Shown: positions 40,145 through 50,375, counted from the stretch's first letter. The stretch is 64,000 nt of DNA from an uncultured Verrucomicrobiae bacterium (GCA_963769025.1 CAVYKI010000006.1:160001-224000); one strand, 5' to 3'. Notes: generated by a model from the sequence alone, not told the origin. A program made the numbers and translations.

Positions 40145-40258
40145 ATGAAAGTCAGAGCATCAGTCAAACGGCAGTGTGAAGCCTGCCGAGTCGTGCGGCG
40201 CAAAGGCGTCGTCCGGGTCATTTGCAAAAACCCACGCCACAAACAGCGTCAGGGCTAA
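40145..40258 (+). CDS. rpmJ: 50S ribosomal protein L36, Zn-binding form (absent from the ORF track)
   Basis: Read directly from the sequence: [37 protein letters not shown]. Confidence 0.97.
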   Translation: MKVRASVKRQCEACRVVRRKGVVRVICKNPRHKQRQG

Positions 40259-40276
40259 TCTTAAAATACACCACCC

Positions 40277-40672
40277 ATGCCACGAATTCTCGGCGTTGAC
40301 ATCCCAGGCGACAAACGAATCGAAGTGTCGCTCCCATACATCTACGGCATCGGGCCGAGCAATGCGAAAAAAGTGCTCGAAGCCGCGAACGTGGAACCCA
40401 ACCTCCGCGCGAAGGATCTGACGCCGGAACAACTGAACGCAATCATCCACGCGATCTCCGCCCAGAAGATCTTGATCGAGGGCGACCTCCGCCGGGATCT
40501 CCAGCAGAACCTCAAGCGCCTTCAGGCGATCAACTGCTACCGTGGCCTCCGCCATCGCCGCGGACTGCCCGTGCGCGGCCAGCGCACGCAGACGAACGCC
40601 CGCACCCGCAAGGGCCCGCGCAAGACCGTCGGCGTCCAGCGGGCGAAGGATGCTCCTGCTGCCAAGGCATAA
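40277..40672 (+). CDS. rpsM: 30S ribosomal protein S13
   Basis: IYGIG, IEGDLRR and [18 protein letters not shown]. Confidence 0.99.
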   Translation: MPRILGVDIPGDKRIEVSLPYIYGIGPSNAKKVLEAANVEPNLRAKDLTPEQLNAIIHAISAQKILIEGDLRRDLQQNLKRLQAINCYRGLRHRRGLPVRGQRTQTNARTRKGPRKTVGVQRAKDAPAAKA

Positions 40673-40699
40673 TTATCAAACCTCACCGAATTCCGAATC

Positions 40700-41281
40700 A
40701 TGGCTGACACCGAAAACACTCCCGCGCCCGACACCCGCTCCGGACGCGCCCGCCGCTGCCGCAGCACCCGCTGCCTGCGGAGGTCGAAACCCAAGGCTGC
40801 AAAAAAGGCCGCTCCGAAAAAGAAGGAAGGCGCAGCGGCCGCAGCTGCCGCCGCCGCACCTGCGGTGGATCTCTCGCTCGACCTGAACGCCGGCATCGAG
40901 CCCATCAAGGTCGTCAAGGCGAAGGGCAGCAAGAACGTCGCGGTCGGCATCGCGCATGTGCTCGCATCTTTCAACAACACCGTCGTCAGCATCACCGACC
41001 AGAAGGGCAACGTCCTCGGTTGGTCGAGTGCCGGCAAGGTCGGCTTCAAGGGCTCGCGCAAGAGCACTGCCTACGCGGCGCAGATGGTCGCGCAGGATGC
41101 CTGCCGCCAGGCCATGGGCCACGGCGTGCGTGAAGTCGAAGTCCGCGTGAAGGGCCCCGGTTCTGGCCGCGAATCCGCCATCCGCGCCATCCAGGCGGTC
41201 GGGTTGGAAATTTCGATCATCAAGGACGTGACGCCTGTGCCGCACAACGGCTGCCGTCCGCCCAAAGCCCGCCGCGTTTAA
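40700..41281 (+). CDS. rpsK: 30S ribosomal protein S11 with long Ala/Lys/Pro N-terminal extension
   Basis: [14 protein letters not shown] and [12 protein letters not shown]. The extension probably contains compensating indels near 40735-40785. Confidence 0.96.
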   Translation: MADTENTPAPDTRSGRARRCRSTRCLRRSKPKAAKKAAPKKKEGAAAAAAAAAPAVDLSLDLNAGIEPIKVVKAKGSKNVAVGIAHVLASFNNTVVSITDQKGNVLGWSSAGKVGFKGSRKSTAYAAQMVAQDACRQAMGHGVREVEVRVKGPGSGRESAIRAIQAVGLEISIIKDVTPVPHNGCRPPKARRV

Positions 41282-41301
41282 TCCTCATCCTGTAAACTCA
41301 C

Positions 41302-41916
41302 ATGGCTCGTTACACTGGACCCAAAGACAAAATCGCACGTCGCTTCGGCACGCCCATTTTCGGCCCCACGAAGTATCTCGAACGGAAAAACTATCCGCCC
41401 GGCATGCACGGCCCGAAAGGCAGCCGCCGCAAGACCAGCGAATACAGCATCGCCCTCGCCGAGAAGCAGAAGCTTCGTTACCAGTACGGCCTGCTCGAGC
41501 GCCAGTTCCGCCTCACCTTCGAGGCCGCCCGCAACACCCGCGGCGTCACCGGTGAAATCCTCCTCCAGCTTCTCGAGCGCCGCCTCGACAATGTCGTCTA
41601 TCGCCTCGGCTTCGCAAACAGCCGCAACGCCGCGCGCCAGATGGTCGGCCACGGCCACGTGCAGGTGAACGGCCGCAAGGTGGACGTGAGCAGCTTCTCC
41701 TGCAAGCCGGGCGACGTCGTCACGGTGAAGGAAAAGCCGGCCTCGCGCCGCCTCGCCACGAAGAACCTCGAACTCACGCAGATCGCCCCCGTGCCGGACT
41801 GGCTCACGGTGAATAAGGACGCCTTCACTGGCACCGTCACCCGCATCCCGACCCGCGACGAAATCGCGCCGATCGTCAACGAGCAGCTCATCGTCGAGCT
41901 TTACTCGAAGGCCTAG
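41302..41916 (+). CDS. rpsD: 30S ribosomal protein S4
   Basis: MARYTGP, EKQKLR, LERRLDNVVYRLG and IVELYSK. Confidence 0.99.
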   Translation: MARYTGPKDKIARRFGTPIFGPTKYLERKNYPPGMHGPKGSRRKTSEYSIALAEKQKLRYQYGLLERQFRLTFEAARNTRGVTGEILLQLLERRLDNVVYRLGFANSRNAARQMVGHGHVQVNGRKVDVSSFSCKPGDVVTVKEKPASRRLATKNLELTQIAPVPDWLTVNKDAFTGTVTRIPTRDEIAPIVNEQLIVELYSKA

Positions 41917-41939
41917 TCGGAAGCATTCAGGCAAATCTC

Positions 41940-41978
41940 AAAAACCCCGGTGTCATCATGGCACCGGGGTTTTTCTTT
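41940..41978. terminator. Intrinsic terminator after rpsD, probably bidirectional
   Basis: AAAAACCCCGGTGTCA-TCA-TGGCACCGGGGTTTTTCTTT, a stem with flanking A and T runs. Confidence 0.85.
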
Positions 41979-41980
41979 GC

Positions 41981-42211
41981 TCACTTCATCGTGGCGGAGA
42001 TCACGTCCAGCCATTGCTCAAAAGAGTCGGCATTCCAGTTGTTGCCCGGTTTGAGCCTGCCGGTGGGATTGTAGGCCCACGGTACACCGCCCCACCAGCT
42101 GAACCATCCCTTGCCAGGCACGTTGGCCAGCGGGCTGGCAAATTCGTAAATTACGAACTCCGTTCCCGGCGGGAATTCAGCAACGACGGGCAGTCGGGGA
42201 GTTTCGCTCAT
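41981..42211 (-). CDS. Small Trp-rich hypothetical protein
   Basis: 76-aa ORF 30 nt downstream of dnaB, containing FPPGTEF, GWFSWWGG and NNWNADSFEQW. Confidence 0.65.
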   Translation of the reverse strand: MSETPRLPVVAEFPPGTEFVIYEFASPLANVPGKGWFSWWGGVPWAYNPTGRLKPGNNWNADSFEQWLDVISATMK

Positions 42212-42241
42212 GGAGACAGCGACCGGCGCCTGTCGTCACGC

Positions 42242-43705
42242 TCAGTTCCCCGGTTCCGGCCCCTCCGCGCGGTCCTCAAAGCGCGCGTATTCCTTGATGA
42301 ATGTCAGCGGCACGTCGCCGGTCGGGCCATTGCGCTGCTTCGCGATGATGAGCGTCGCCTTGCCCACGGCTTCGGCCTTCGCCTCGTCGGTGTCGGCGTA
42401 ATATTCTTCGCGGATGAGCAGGCCGACGACGTCGGCGTCCTGCTCGATCGTGCCGGACTCGCGGAGATCGCTCAGGCGTGGGCGGCCCTTGCTTTCGCCG
42501 GTGCGCTGCTCGGGATTCCGGTTGAGCTGCGCGAGCACGACGATCGGGATGTTCAGTTCCTTCGAGAGCGCCTTCAGGCCCGAACTGATCTCCGCGATCT
42601 CGAGCTGGCGGCTGTCCTTGGCGCGGCTGCTCGTGCTGCGGAGGAGCTGGAGGTAGTCGATGAAGATCGCCTGGATGTCGTGCTGGCTTTTCATCCGGCG
42701 CGCCTTCGCGCGGAGTTCGAGAATGCTAAGACTGCTTGTGTCATCCACGAAGATCTTCGCCGACGCCAGCCGGTGTGCGCCGTTGGTCAGGGCAGGGAAG
42801 TCGCGCTCGCTCAGGAAGCCGTTGCGAATCGACGAGAGGTTCACCCGCGCGATCGAGCACAGGAGTCGCTGCACGAGCTGCTGCGAGCTCATTTCCAGCG
42901 AGAACACCGCGACCGGCTTGCCCGTCTCCACGGCAATGTGCTCCGCCATGTTCATTGCGAACGCCGTCTTTCCCATCGAGGGCCGCGCCGCGATTACGAA
43001 CATTTCCGCGCCGTGCAGCCCGTCCGTCATCTGGTCGAGCTGCTTGAAGCCCGTCGAGAGCCCGCCGATCTTTCCTCGGCTCTCGTAGAGCTTTTCGATG
43101 TCCCCGATGGCCTTCATCACCATGTCCTTCAGGCTCGCCGCCTTGTCCTTGAAGCGCTCCTTCGCGATGGCGAAAATCTTCGTCTCCACCTCGTCGAGCA
43201 GACCCGCCGGATTGTCCTGTTCCTCGTAGCTCCGGGCTGAGTACTCGTTGCAGACCTTGATGATTTCCCGCAGCGTGAACTTCTCCAGCAGGATCTCGAT
43301 GTAGTAGGCCGCGTTCGCCGCCGTCGGCAGATAGGTGAACAATTCGTTCAGCCCCGCCGCGCCGCCCACCTGGTCCAGCTTGTTCCGGTCGCGCAGGTAT
43401 TGCGCGATGGTGATGAAATCGATCGGCCGGTTCCCATTCCACAGCTCCAGCAGCGCCTCGAAAATCTCGCCATTTGCCGGGATGTAAAAGCTCTCCTTCT
43501 TCACCCCGCTCTCCACCGCGATGCCGATCACTTCCTTCGGCGATAGCAGGATGGAGCTCAGGACGCCCTTCTCGGCGTCCGGCGCCTGTGGGAATTCCCG
43601 GTGAAAATCCGGTGGATAAGTGACCTTTCCCTTCAGGTCACTCCGGGGCTTGCCGCCCCGGCTCTTTTCAGAACCCGGATTCCCTGGTTTGGGATCCGCA
43701 GCCAT
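42242..43705 (-). CDS. dnaB: Replicative DNA helicase
   Basis: AARPSMGKT, FSLEM, IDYLQL, QLNR, DLRESGTIEQDAD and KQRNGP. Confidence 0.98.
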   Translation of the reverse strand: MAADPKPGNPGSEKSRGGKPRSDLKGKVTYPPDFHREFPQAPDAEKGVLSSILLSPKEVIGIAVESGVKKESFYIPANGEIFEALLELWNGNRPIDFITIAQYLRDRNKLDQVGGAAGLNELFTYLPTAANAAYYIEILLEKFTLREIIKVCNEYSARSYEEQDNPAGLLDEVETKIFAIAKERFKDKAASLKDMVMKAIGDIEKLYESRGKIGGLSTGFKQLDQMTDGLHGAEMFVIAARPSMGKTAFAMNMAEHIAVETGKPVAVFSLEMSSQQLVQRLLCSIARVNLSSIRNGFLSERDFPALTNGAHRLASAKIFVDDTSSLSILELRAKARRMKSQHDIQAIFIDYLQLLRSTSSRAKDSRQLEIAEISSGLKALSKELNIPIVVLAQLNRNPEQRTGESKGRPRLSDLRESGTIEQDADVVGLLIREEYYADTDEAKAEAVGKATLIIAKQRNGPTGDVPLTFIKEYARFEDRAEGPEPGN

Positions 43706-43711
43706 CGGAGA

Positions 43712-44272
43712 CTACTCCTTGTGCTTTGCCTTCGCCTTGGACTTGAAGCCGCCCACGGTCTTCTCCGTCTTCGGGCCTTCCTCGGCCTCGGGCTTCGCAG
43801 CCTCCACCGGCGTCTTCGACCCGATGGTCACCGCCACCGTCGCGGTGATGTCATGGTGCAGCTTGATCTCCACATCATGCTTGCCGGAATCCTTGAGCGC
43901 CTTGGGCAGCACGATGCGATGGCGATCGATCTCGATGTTGCCGCCGAGTTCCGCGCGAATCTTGTCCGCGATGTCCGAAGCCGTCACCGAGCCGAACGCC
44001 TTGCCGGTCTCGCCCGTCTCCAGTTCAAACGTCAGCTTCAGCTTGCCGATGCGCCGCGCCAGATCCTGCGCCTCGTTCAGCTCCGCCGCCTCGCGCTCGG
44101 CGCGCTTCTTCTTCAGCACGTTGATGCGATGCACGGCGCCGGACGACTTCTCGATCGCCTTGCCCTGCGGCAGGAGGAAATTGCGGGCATACCCGGACTT
44201 CACTTTGACGAGATCGGCTTCTGCGCCGAGATGCTCGACTTTCGCGGTGAGGATGACTTCAGTGGTAGGCAT
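43712..44272 (-). CDS. rplI: 50S ribosomal protein L9 with C-terminal extension
   Basis: VKSGYARNFLLPQGKA, FGSVT and KLH. Confidence 0.96.
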   Translation of the reverse strand: MPTTEVILTAKVEHLGAEADLVKVKSGYARNFLLPQGKAIEKSSGAVHRINVLKKKRAEREAAELNEAQDLARRIGKLKLTFELETGETGKAFGSVTASDIADKIRAELGGNIEIDRHRIVLPKALKDSGKHDVEIKLHHDITATVAVTIGSKTPVEAAKPEAEEGPKTEKTVGGFKSKAKAKHKE

Positions 44273-44312
44273 GGTGAAAAGCGGTTGGTTTGCGGTTGGA
44301 AAAAGGGTCGCG

Positions 44313-44341
44313 TAGATAGTCCTGCCGCGGGGCCATGTCAA
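44313..44341 (-). promoter_or_regulatory. Putative sigma70 promoter of rplI-dnaB
   Basis: TTGACA-17 nt-TATCTA on the - strand. Confidence 0.5.
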
Positions 44342-44431
44342 AGGCCATTTTGCCTTTTCCGACGGTCGCTGCATTTCTCCCCTCGCCGAGTCGTCCGGCG
44401 GCCCTTCCAGTGCGCGGCAGATGCCACCCTG

Positions 44432-45001
44432 CTAGAATCTTGACCAGGGCCAACTCGCGTCGGAAAGGGAGTCGTCGCCGCAGCCGGGGACGGAATCGAG
44501 GTTGATGGAGATCTCGATGAGTTTGCCGTGCTTGAAAATGTAGGTGTTGCGCAGGACACGGCCTCGCTCGCGGTCCTGCATGATGACTTTCTTGTAGAGG
44601 GCACACCAGTATTGCTTTTCGCCGCCGCGCACGGCGGTCCGGGCCGGTTTGCCGAGTTTTTCCACCACTTGCTCGCGGATCATGCCGATGCGGATGCCGT
44701 TCTTGGTGGCGAGTTCGATCTTCCGTTCCTCGGTGGCGGTGCCGGGGTTGTCCTCCGGCTTGCGGCCGAAGCGGGCGACTTCAAAGCCGCAGTCCCGGAC
44801 CATGCGACGGTCTTTGGTGAGGGTGATACTCTTGTGCCCGCCGTCGCAATCAACCGTCTTGTAGAGATAGTAGCCGCTTTCGGGGTCGTGCCAGCAACGA
44901 ATGGCGAGGGCGGGGGCTTCGGTGGACATTCCGCCGACGGCGACCGTGAGATTCGCGGGCCATGCCGCGAGCATGAGGACAGAGAGGAGCGCGAGGATCA
45001 T
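44432..45001 (-). CDS. Hypothetical exported protein
   Basis: Signal peptide, a GIRIGMIREQVVEKLGKP motif, and an upstream TTGACG-17-AATCCT-7-ATG arrangement. Confidence 0.65.
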   Translation of the reverse strand: MILALLSVLMLAAWPANLTVAVGGMSTEAPALAIRCWHDPESGYYLYKTVDCDGGHKSITLTKDRRMVRDCGFEVARFGRKPEDNPGTATEERKIELATKNGIRIGMIREQVVEKLGKPARTAVRGGEKQYWCALYKKVIMQDRERGRVLRNTYIFKHGKLIEISINLDSVPGCGDDSLSDASWPWSRF

Positions 45002-45217
45002 GCGCCGTAGGATTCACGCGCCCCGGCGATGCGTCAATCGCCGGCCTGTGCAAGCCCGGCTAGTGCGGGCGCGGCGGCGTGGGCACCGGGTTTCCGCGCA
45101 GGAAATCGGCTGCGCCATTCTGTTGCATTGCCTCGTCTCCCCCTGCCCGGCGTTGCCGTTGCGCCTTGCAAGGGCCGGGTCGGTCAGCTTGGGTTGTGAG
45201 GCGTCGCCACCCTCCCC

Positions 45218-45697
45218 ATGAAACCACTATTCTTCGCACTTTTGCTGTGTTTTGCACCGGTCGCGTCAGGCTCCGTGCTTCGGCTCGATTCGATTTCGTT
45301 GCCGTTGTATCTGCACGGCTCGGAAGCGGACCCCCGGATCTCCATCGTGGCGGTTCCGTATGTCACATTCTATGCGGATCCGGAATGGTGTTTCTCCGCG
45401 CTCTCCAAACCCTTTGTGCCGCCCACGGATGGCACTTGGAAGCCGCACGATGTGAACCTTGCGTCCGTGTATGGCATCGTGGTGAGTGGCACCTACAAGG
45501 ATAACAACATGGACATGGTGGTGACCATCGATGCGTCGAAGGCCAGCGTGCCGGAGGGATACCCTTTCACGATCGAGCAGGTCATCACCGCGGTGGATAC
45601 GTGCGTGAAGCTCGCCTATCCTTCACGCCCGGCGGATGAAGGTGCGCTCGAAATCGTGATTACGCGAGCAAAGGCAAAGTCGAAGCCCAAGAAATGA
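45218..45697 (+). CDS. Hypothetical exported protein
   Basis: Signal peptide MKPLFFALLLCFAPVASG and coding-like codon usage. Confidence 0.65.
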   Translation: MKPLFFALLLCFAPVASGSVLRLDSISLPLYLHGSEADPRISIVAVPYVTFYADPEWCFSALSKPFVPPTDGTWKPHDVNLASVYGIVVSGTYKDNNMDMVVTIDASKASVPEGYPFTIEQVITAVDTCVKLAYPSRPADEGALEIVITRAKAKSKPKK

Positions 45698-45751
45698 CCG
45701 CGACGGCGGAGGAGCGGGCGTGCTGGCGGCGGGATGGAGGCGGAAGCCGGC

Positions 45752-46861
45752 CTACACGCCGTCCGCGAATTTCTGCATCGCCTCCTCCTGCTTCGCGATG
45801 CTCTCGACGAGGCGGAGCTGCGTGCGGCAGCGGTCGAGGTTATGCTGCGGGCGGTGGACGCGGAAATAGGTGTCGCCTTGCAGGTAGTCCGTGAGGAAGC
45901 GCAGGGCGAGGGTGAAGGTGATGAGCCGTCCGCTGATGGCGATGAGCGCGCGTTCGTTCTTCGTGAGGAATGCGCCGGCTGTGCCGAGGTAGCCGCGGGC
46001 CAGCGCCTTGAACATCGGCATCTGCATCCGCACCTTCGAGAGGTCGGTCTCGTCCTCCAGCGTCGGGCTCGTGGTGGTGCGGATCATGTCGCCAAAGTCG
46101 TAGAGCGGGCTGCCGGGCATCACCGTATCGAGGTCCACGACGCACATCGCCTTCCGCGTGTCGGTGTCGAGCATCACGTTGTTGAATTTCGTGTCGTTGT
46201 GCGTGATTCGCTCGGGGATGCGTTTCTTCGCGAGCGCGGTGAGCACGGTGTCCACGATCGGTTCCAGCGACAGCGCCTGCTCGATCTCCTTCTTTGCGGC
46301 GGCGGCGCGGTTCGCCTTGTCGGTTTTCATGGCGGCGAGCAGCGCATCGAAGCGCCGCCGCGTGTTGTGAAAGTGCGGGATCGTCTCGGTGAGGCGTTTG
46401 CCTGGGAGGTCCGCCAGCAGGCTCTGGAATTCGCCGAATGCGCGCCCCGCCTCAAACGCCTGCTCCGGCGACTCCACCGCCTCAAACGTCCGCACCTTTT
46501 CGATGAAGACAAACGTGCGCCAATATTCGCCCTCGCGCGTCTTGTGGAAGGACGCGCCGTCGTGCGTCGGGACCACGGTCAGTGCGCGGCGCGTGAGGTC
46601 CTTCGTGCCGGCTGCGGCGAGCTTGCGCCGCAGGTGCGTGGTGACGCGCATGAGATTGTCCATCACGCCCGCGGGATCCTTGAAGACCTCGTGGTTGATG
46701 CGCTGGTGGATGTAGCGCACGCGCGTGCCGCCCTGGTCGTAGGTCGCCGTGTAAGTCTCGTTGATGTGCCCGACCTTGCACGCCTCCGCGTGGAGGATTT
46801 CCCCGTGGATCTGGAACTCCCGCGAGATGTCGAGCAGGCGGGGGAGGTTGCGGCGTTGCAT
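45752..46861 (-). CDS. Aminoglycoside phosphotransferase family protein (N-acetylhexosamine 1-kinase-like)
   Basis: GHINETY, QRINH.VF, ETIPHFHNT, THNDTKFNN, DLDTVMPG, YDFGD and RFLTDYLQGDTYF. Confidence 0.88.
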   Translation of the reverse strand: MQRRNLPRLLDISREFQIHGEILHAEACKVGHINETYTATYDQGGTRVRYIHQRINHEVFKDPAGVMDNLMRVTTHLRRKLAAAGTKDLTRRALTVVPTHDGASFHKTREGEYWRTFVFIEKVRTFEAVESPEQAFEAGRAFGEFQSLLADLPGKRLTETIPHFHNTRRRFDALLAAMKTDKANRAAAAKKEIEQALSLEPIVDTVLTALAKKRIPERITHNDTKFNNVMLDTDTRKAMCVVDLDTVMPGSPLYDFGDMIRTTTSPTLEDETDLSKVRMQMPMFKALARGYLGTAGAFLTKNERALIAISGRLITFTLALRFLTDYLQGDTYFRVHRPQHNLDRCRTQLRLVESIAKQEEAMQKFADGV

Positions 46862-46917
46862 GGCGCGAGAAAAAGGAAACTCACGGCGCGGTGCAAGCGC
46901 GCTGCTGCGGGCGGACG

Positions 46918-47976
46918 CTACAGCCACTTTTTCCTGCGGAAGAAAATGAGCTGGCCGACGGCGATGACGACCATCACGACCCACAGAATCCAGTATCCCC
47001 ACCGGGTGTGGAGCTCGGGCATGTTCGCGAAGTTCATGCCATAGACGCCGACGAGGAAGGTGAGCGGGATGAAGATGGAGGAAATGACCGTGAGCACGCG
47101 CATGACCTCATTCGTCCGCAGGCCGACGCTGGAGAGATACATGTCCATGAGGCTCGTCGCCACGTCGCGGTAGGACTCGATGAGGTCCATGATCTGCACG
47201 GTATGGTCGTAGAGGTCGCGGAGATAGACCTTCGTCTCGGGCTGGATGAATCCGCTGTCGCCGTGCAGCAGGGAATTCACCACGTCGCGCTCGGGCCAAA
47301 CGAAGCGGCGGAGCTGCATGAGCGTGCGCTTCAGGCTGTGGAGCTGGCCGATGGTGTCCTTGTTCGGGCTCGTGAGGACCGCGTCCTCGATCTCCTGGAG
47401 CGCCTCGCCGATCTCTTCGAGCACGGGAAAGCCGTGGTCCACGATGGCATCGAGCAGCGCATACGCGAGGTAGTCGGCCTTCATCGTGCGGATGTTTCCG
47501 CCGCCACCGCGGATGCGCTGGCGGACTGGCTCGAACACGTCCGTCTCGGAATCCTCCTGGATGCTGATGAGGAAATTTCCGCACACGAAAATGCTCACCT
47601 GCTCGCCGCAGAGGCATTCCTCGGCGTCGTGGTAGATCATCTGCGCGATCATGAAAAGGTGCCCCGGGTAGAGCTCCAGCTTCGGGCGCTGGCCGACGTT
47701 CAGCACGTCCTCGAGCGCGAGCGGGTGCAGGCTGAATTTTTGCCCGAGCGCCTTCAGCGCATCCACATCTCCGAGGCCGTTGAATTCGATCCAGCGGATT
47801 TTGCCGTCGTTCGTCGCCGTAAGATCCGGCAGTTCCGCGACGCTGCCGATGGTGCGCTCGTTGAAGCCGTTCCGGTCATACTCCATGAGATTGATGACGA
47901 GGGCGGCGGATGCGTCCGGCGCGGCGCGGAGAGTGGCCGGCGCAGCGCCCGGACGGGAGTATCGCTTCTTAAACAT
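46918..47976 (-). CDS. corA: Magnesium/cobalt transporter CorA
   Basis: LHPLALED..QRPK, YLRDLYDH, NEVMRVLT and the YGMNF..MPEL signature. Confidence 0.95.
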   Translation of the reverse strand: MFKKRYSRPGAAPATLRAAPDASAALVINLMEYDRNGFNERTIGSVAELPDLTATNDGKIRWIEFNGLGDVDALKALGQKFSLHPLALEDVLNVGQRPKLELYPGHLFMIAQMIYHDAEECLCGEQVSIFVCGNFLISIQEDSETDVFEPVRQRIRGGGGNIRTMKADYLAYALLDAIVDHGFPVLEEIGEALQEIEDAVLTSPNKDTIGQLHSLKRTLMQLRRFVWPERDVVNSLLHGDSGFIQPETKVYLRDLYDHTVQIMDLIESYRDVATSLMDMYLSSVGLRTNEVMRVLTVISSIFIPLTFLVGVYGMNFANMPELHTRWGYWILWVVMVVIAVGQLIFFRRKKWL

Positions 47977-48030
47977 GGCCGCGATGCAACCAGCCCGCGC
48001 CAGACTCGGCGAGTGGAATGCGCCGCCGGG

Positions 48031-49896
48031 CTAGGCGACCGTCCGCCGCTGGAACCACCACCACTCGACGAGCAGGACGATGAATCCGGCGAGCGCGAGC
48101 GGCCACCAAAGCGAGTGATCGGTCTTCGACATCGCGGTGGCGGTGGCGACGGAAATGCGGTCGCCGAATTCCATCTCGCTCACCGCCGCGAGGCTGGTCT
48201 CGGATGCGCTGAGGAGGCTCGCGCCGATCGTCCGCGTCGCGCCGCCGGAGGTGAAGGTGTATTCGCCAATATGCTCCGCGGGGATTCCGGCGACAGTGCC
48301 GCGATCGTCCGCGCGCGCCGTCCGAGAGAGACGCGCCGGCCCGCTGACGGTGACGTTTGCACCAGCGGTGAAATTTTGCGCCGGAAGCACGCCGGTCGCC
48401 ACTGCTGCGGCGTCGGAAAGCCCGGCGAGGTTTTGGGCGTATTGGACGAGATTCGCGACGAGGATCGGGAACGCGACGCGGAAAGGAAGGGTGCTGCGCT
48501 CGGGGTGGAAGAGAAGGTGGACGCGCGCATTTCCGCCGCGGGCGTCGCTGCGCATCAGCGCAAGCGGACCGTGCTGGCCTTGCGCGAGGATTTCGTAGCC
48601 GAGGTTTGCGAATGCAGTGTCGTCCTTTCCTGCGGCGGTCACGGGATCCTCCATGAAGATGACGTCGTCGAGGCTCACGTGCTGGAGCAGCGGCGAGTCG
48701 CGCCGCCAGTCGATCGCAGCCGTGCTTTTCTGCGCGAGGCTCACGAGTGCGGCGGCATCCGCCGGCACGAAGCCCGTGGTGCAGAGCAGGAGCGCGGGCG
48801 GAGCATCGGGCTTGTCGGAGATGGCGAGGTCGAAGGTGCTCGGCGAGGGCGTGTCCTTTGCGGGAAAAATGCGGAGGCCGTCGAGCGCGCCGAGCGCGTG
48901 GCGGAAAGGCGCGAGCGACTCCGGAACGAAGACATCGAGCGGCCGGACGGCGGGGAGGCTCAGCCACGCCTCGTTGTCGCTGGCGAGGGAATCGAATCCG
49001 CCGGGACGCAGCACGGCGCGGATGGATGCGCCCTGCGCGCCTGCGATGCGGAAGGCGAGGCGGGGCGCGCCGCCCGCCGTGAGCGCGACCTGCTCCTGTG
49101 CGATGGTCTGGCCGCCGGCCTGCAGTTCCACCGTCGCCGTGGCGGCTGGCGCCGGGATCGGTGATGGCGAGCTGGACGAACAATTCCCAGTCGCCGCTGG
49201 CACCGCGGCGCGCGTTGAATGCGGTGATGCCGGCGTTCGGTCCGGCGGGCGGGAGCTTTTGCAGTTCGATTTGAAACGGCAGCTCGAAGTTTGTCTTCGC
49301 CGGGAGGTTGCCATCCGTGAGCACGAGGACGCGGTCGAACGGCGTGGTGCGAGCGAGCGCCTGCGCGAGGCGGAGCGCTTCCTCCAGATCGCCGGGCACA
49401 TCCTCCACTTCGATGCGCGGCCAGGGCGTCGCGCAGCTCGGTCTTGTTGTTCGTGAAGCCGGTGAGTTTGCGCGCCGTGCGGCTGAACGTGATGAGGCAG
49501 AGTTCCTGATCCGCCGGCAGTCCGTCGATGCGCTCGCGCAGCCGCTGCTTCGCCTCATCGAGCCGCGAGCGCCCGTCCGCCTTTGTCCAGCGCGCCCATG
49601 CTCGCCGAGACATCCACAAGCACCGGCAGCCGTGCCGCGCGGTGCGCGTCGCGACGGAGGAATGGCTGCATCGCCGCGAGCACGAGCAGCGCGAGCAGGA
49701 GGATTTGGAGCAGGAGCAGGAGGTTGCGCTTGAAGCGCTGGAACGGGGAATTCACCCGCTGATCGCTGAGCACCTGCCGCCACAGCACGAGCGAAGGAAC
49801 GATCTGCCGCGGGCGCTTCAGCTTCAGGAAATAGAAAACGACCAGCGGGATCAGCAGGGCGAAAAGCCACGCGCTGGAGAGGGCGGTGAAGGTCAC
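48031..49896 (-). CDS. BatA N-terminal / VWA domain membrane protein (frameshifts near 49160, 49420, 49580)
   Basis: IPLVVFYFLK...PSLVLW (BatA), MIDAS motif VDVSASM, LTDG, DNEAW, FP(I)LVAN, and C-terminal TM LLVEWWW. Confidence 0.85.
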
Positions 49897-50105
49897 AGCA
49901 GTGCGCGGAATTGCTCCGGAGTGAGGCCTGCGTCCTTGGCGATCGACCCCATCGTCAACGGGTTGACCGGATTGTGCCGCGGGATGACCAGCCTCCTTTT
50001 GCCGTTGCTCATGACGATGTGCCCGCTTTGCCGCGCGATGCGATAACCGAGTTTTTCAAACACGCGCACGGCATCGCGTTGGCTAATCCCAGGGAGCTTC
50101 GGCAC
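49893..50105 (-). CDS. hicA: Type II toxin-antitoxin HicA family toxin
   Basis: PKLPGISQRDAVRVFEKLGYRIARQSGHIVM...VIPRH...TMGSIAKDAGLTPEQF. GTG start 2 nt after the hicB stop. Confidence 0.88.
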   Translation of the reverse strand: MPKLPGISQRDAVRVFEKLGYRIARQSGHIVMSNGKRRLVIPRHNPVNPLTMGSIAKDAGLTPEQFRALL

Positions 50106-50107
50106 CG

Positions 50108-50324
50108 CTAGACGGTGACGAGTTCGCGTGTGTAACGGGCGCCTTCGGCAGCCAGTTCGCGGATTGAATCTTCCTCGGCGACTTCGAGCCAGAGTGCGAT
50201 GGCCTCGCGGATGTTCGCCAGCGCCTCCTCGCGTGTGGCTCCCTGCGAATGGCAGCCGGGAAGCGACGGACATGAGACGGCGAATCCTCCATCCGATTCG
50301 ATGAGCACGATCGGGGTATTGCAT
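50108..50324 (-). CDS. hicB: Type II toxin-antitoxin HicB family antitoxin, short form (one extra base in a C run at codon 4)
   Basis: MQY(P)IVLIESDGGFAVSCPSLPGCHSQGATREEALANIREAIALWLE. Confidence 0.88.
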
Positions 50325-50375
50325 GGACGAAGCTTGATTGCGGGCGCCCGCTTTTGAAAGGCGAGATTCGGCGGG

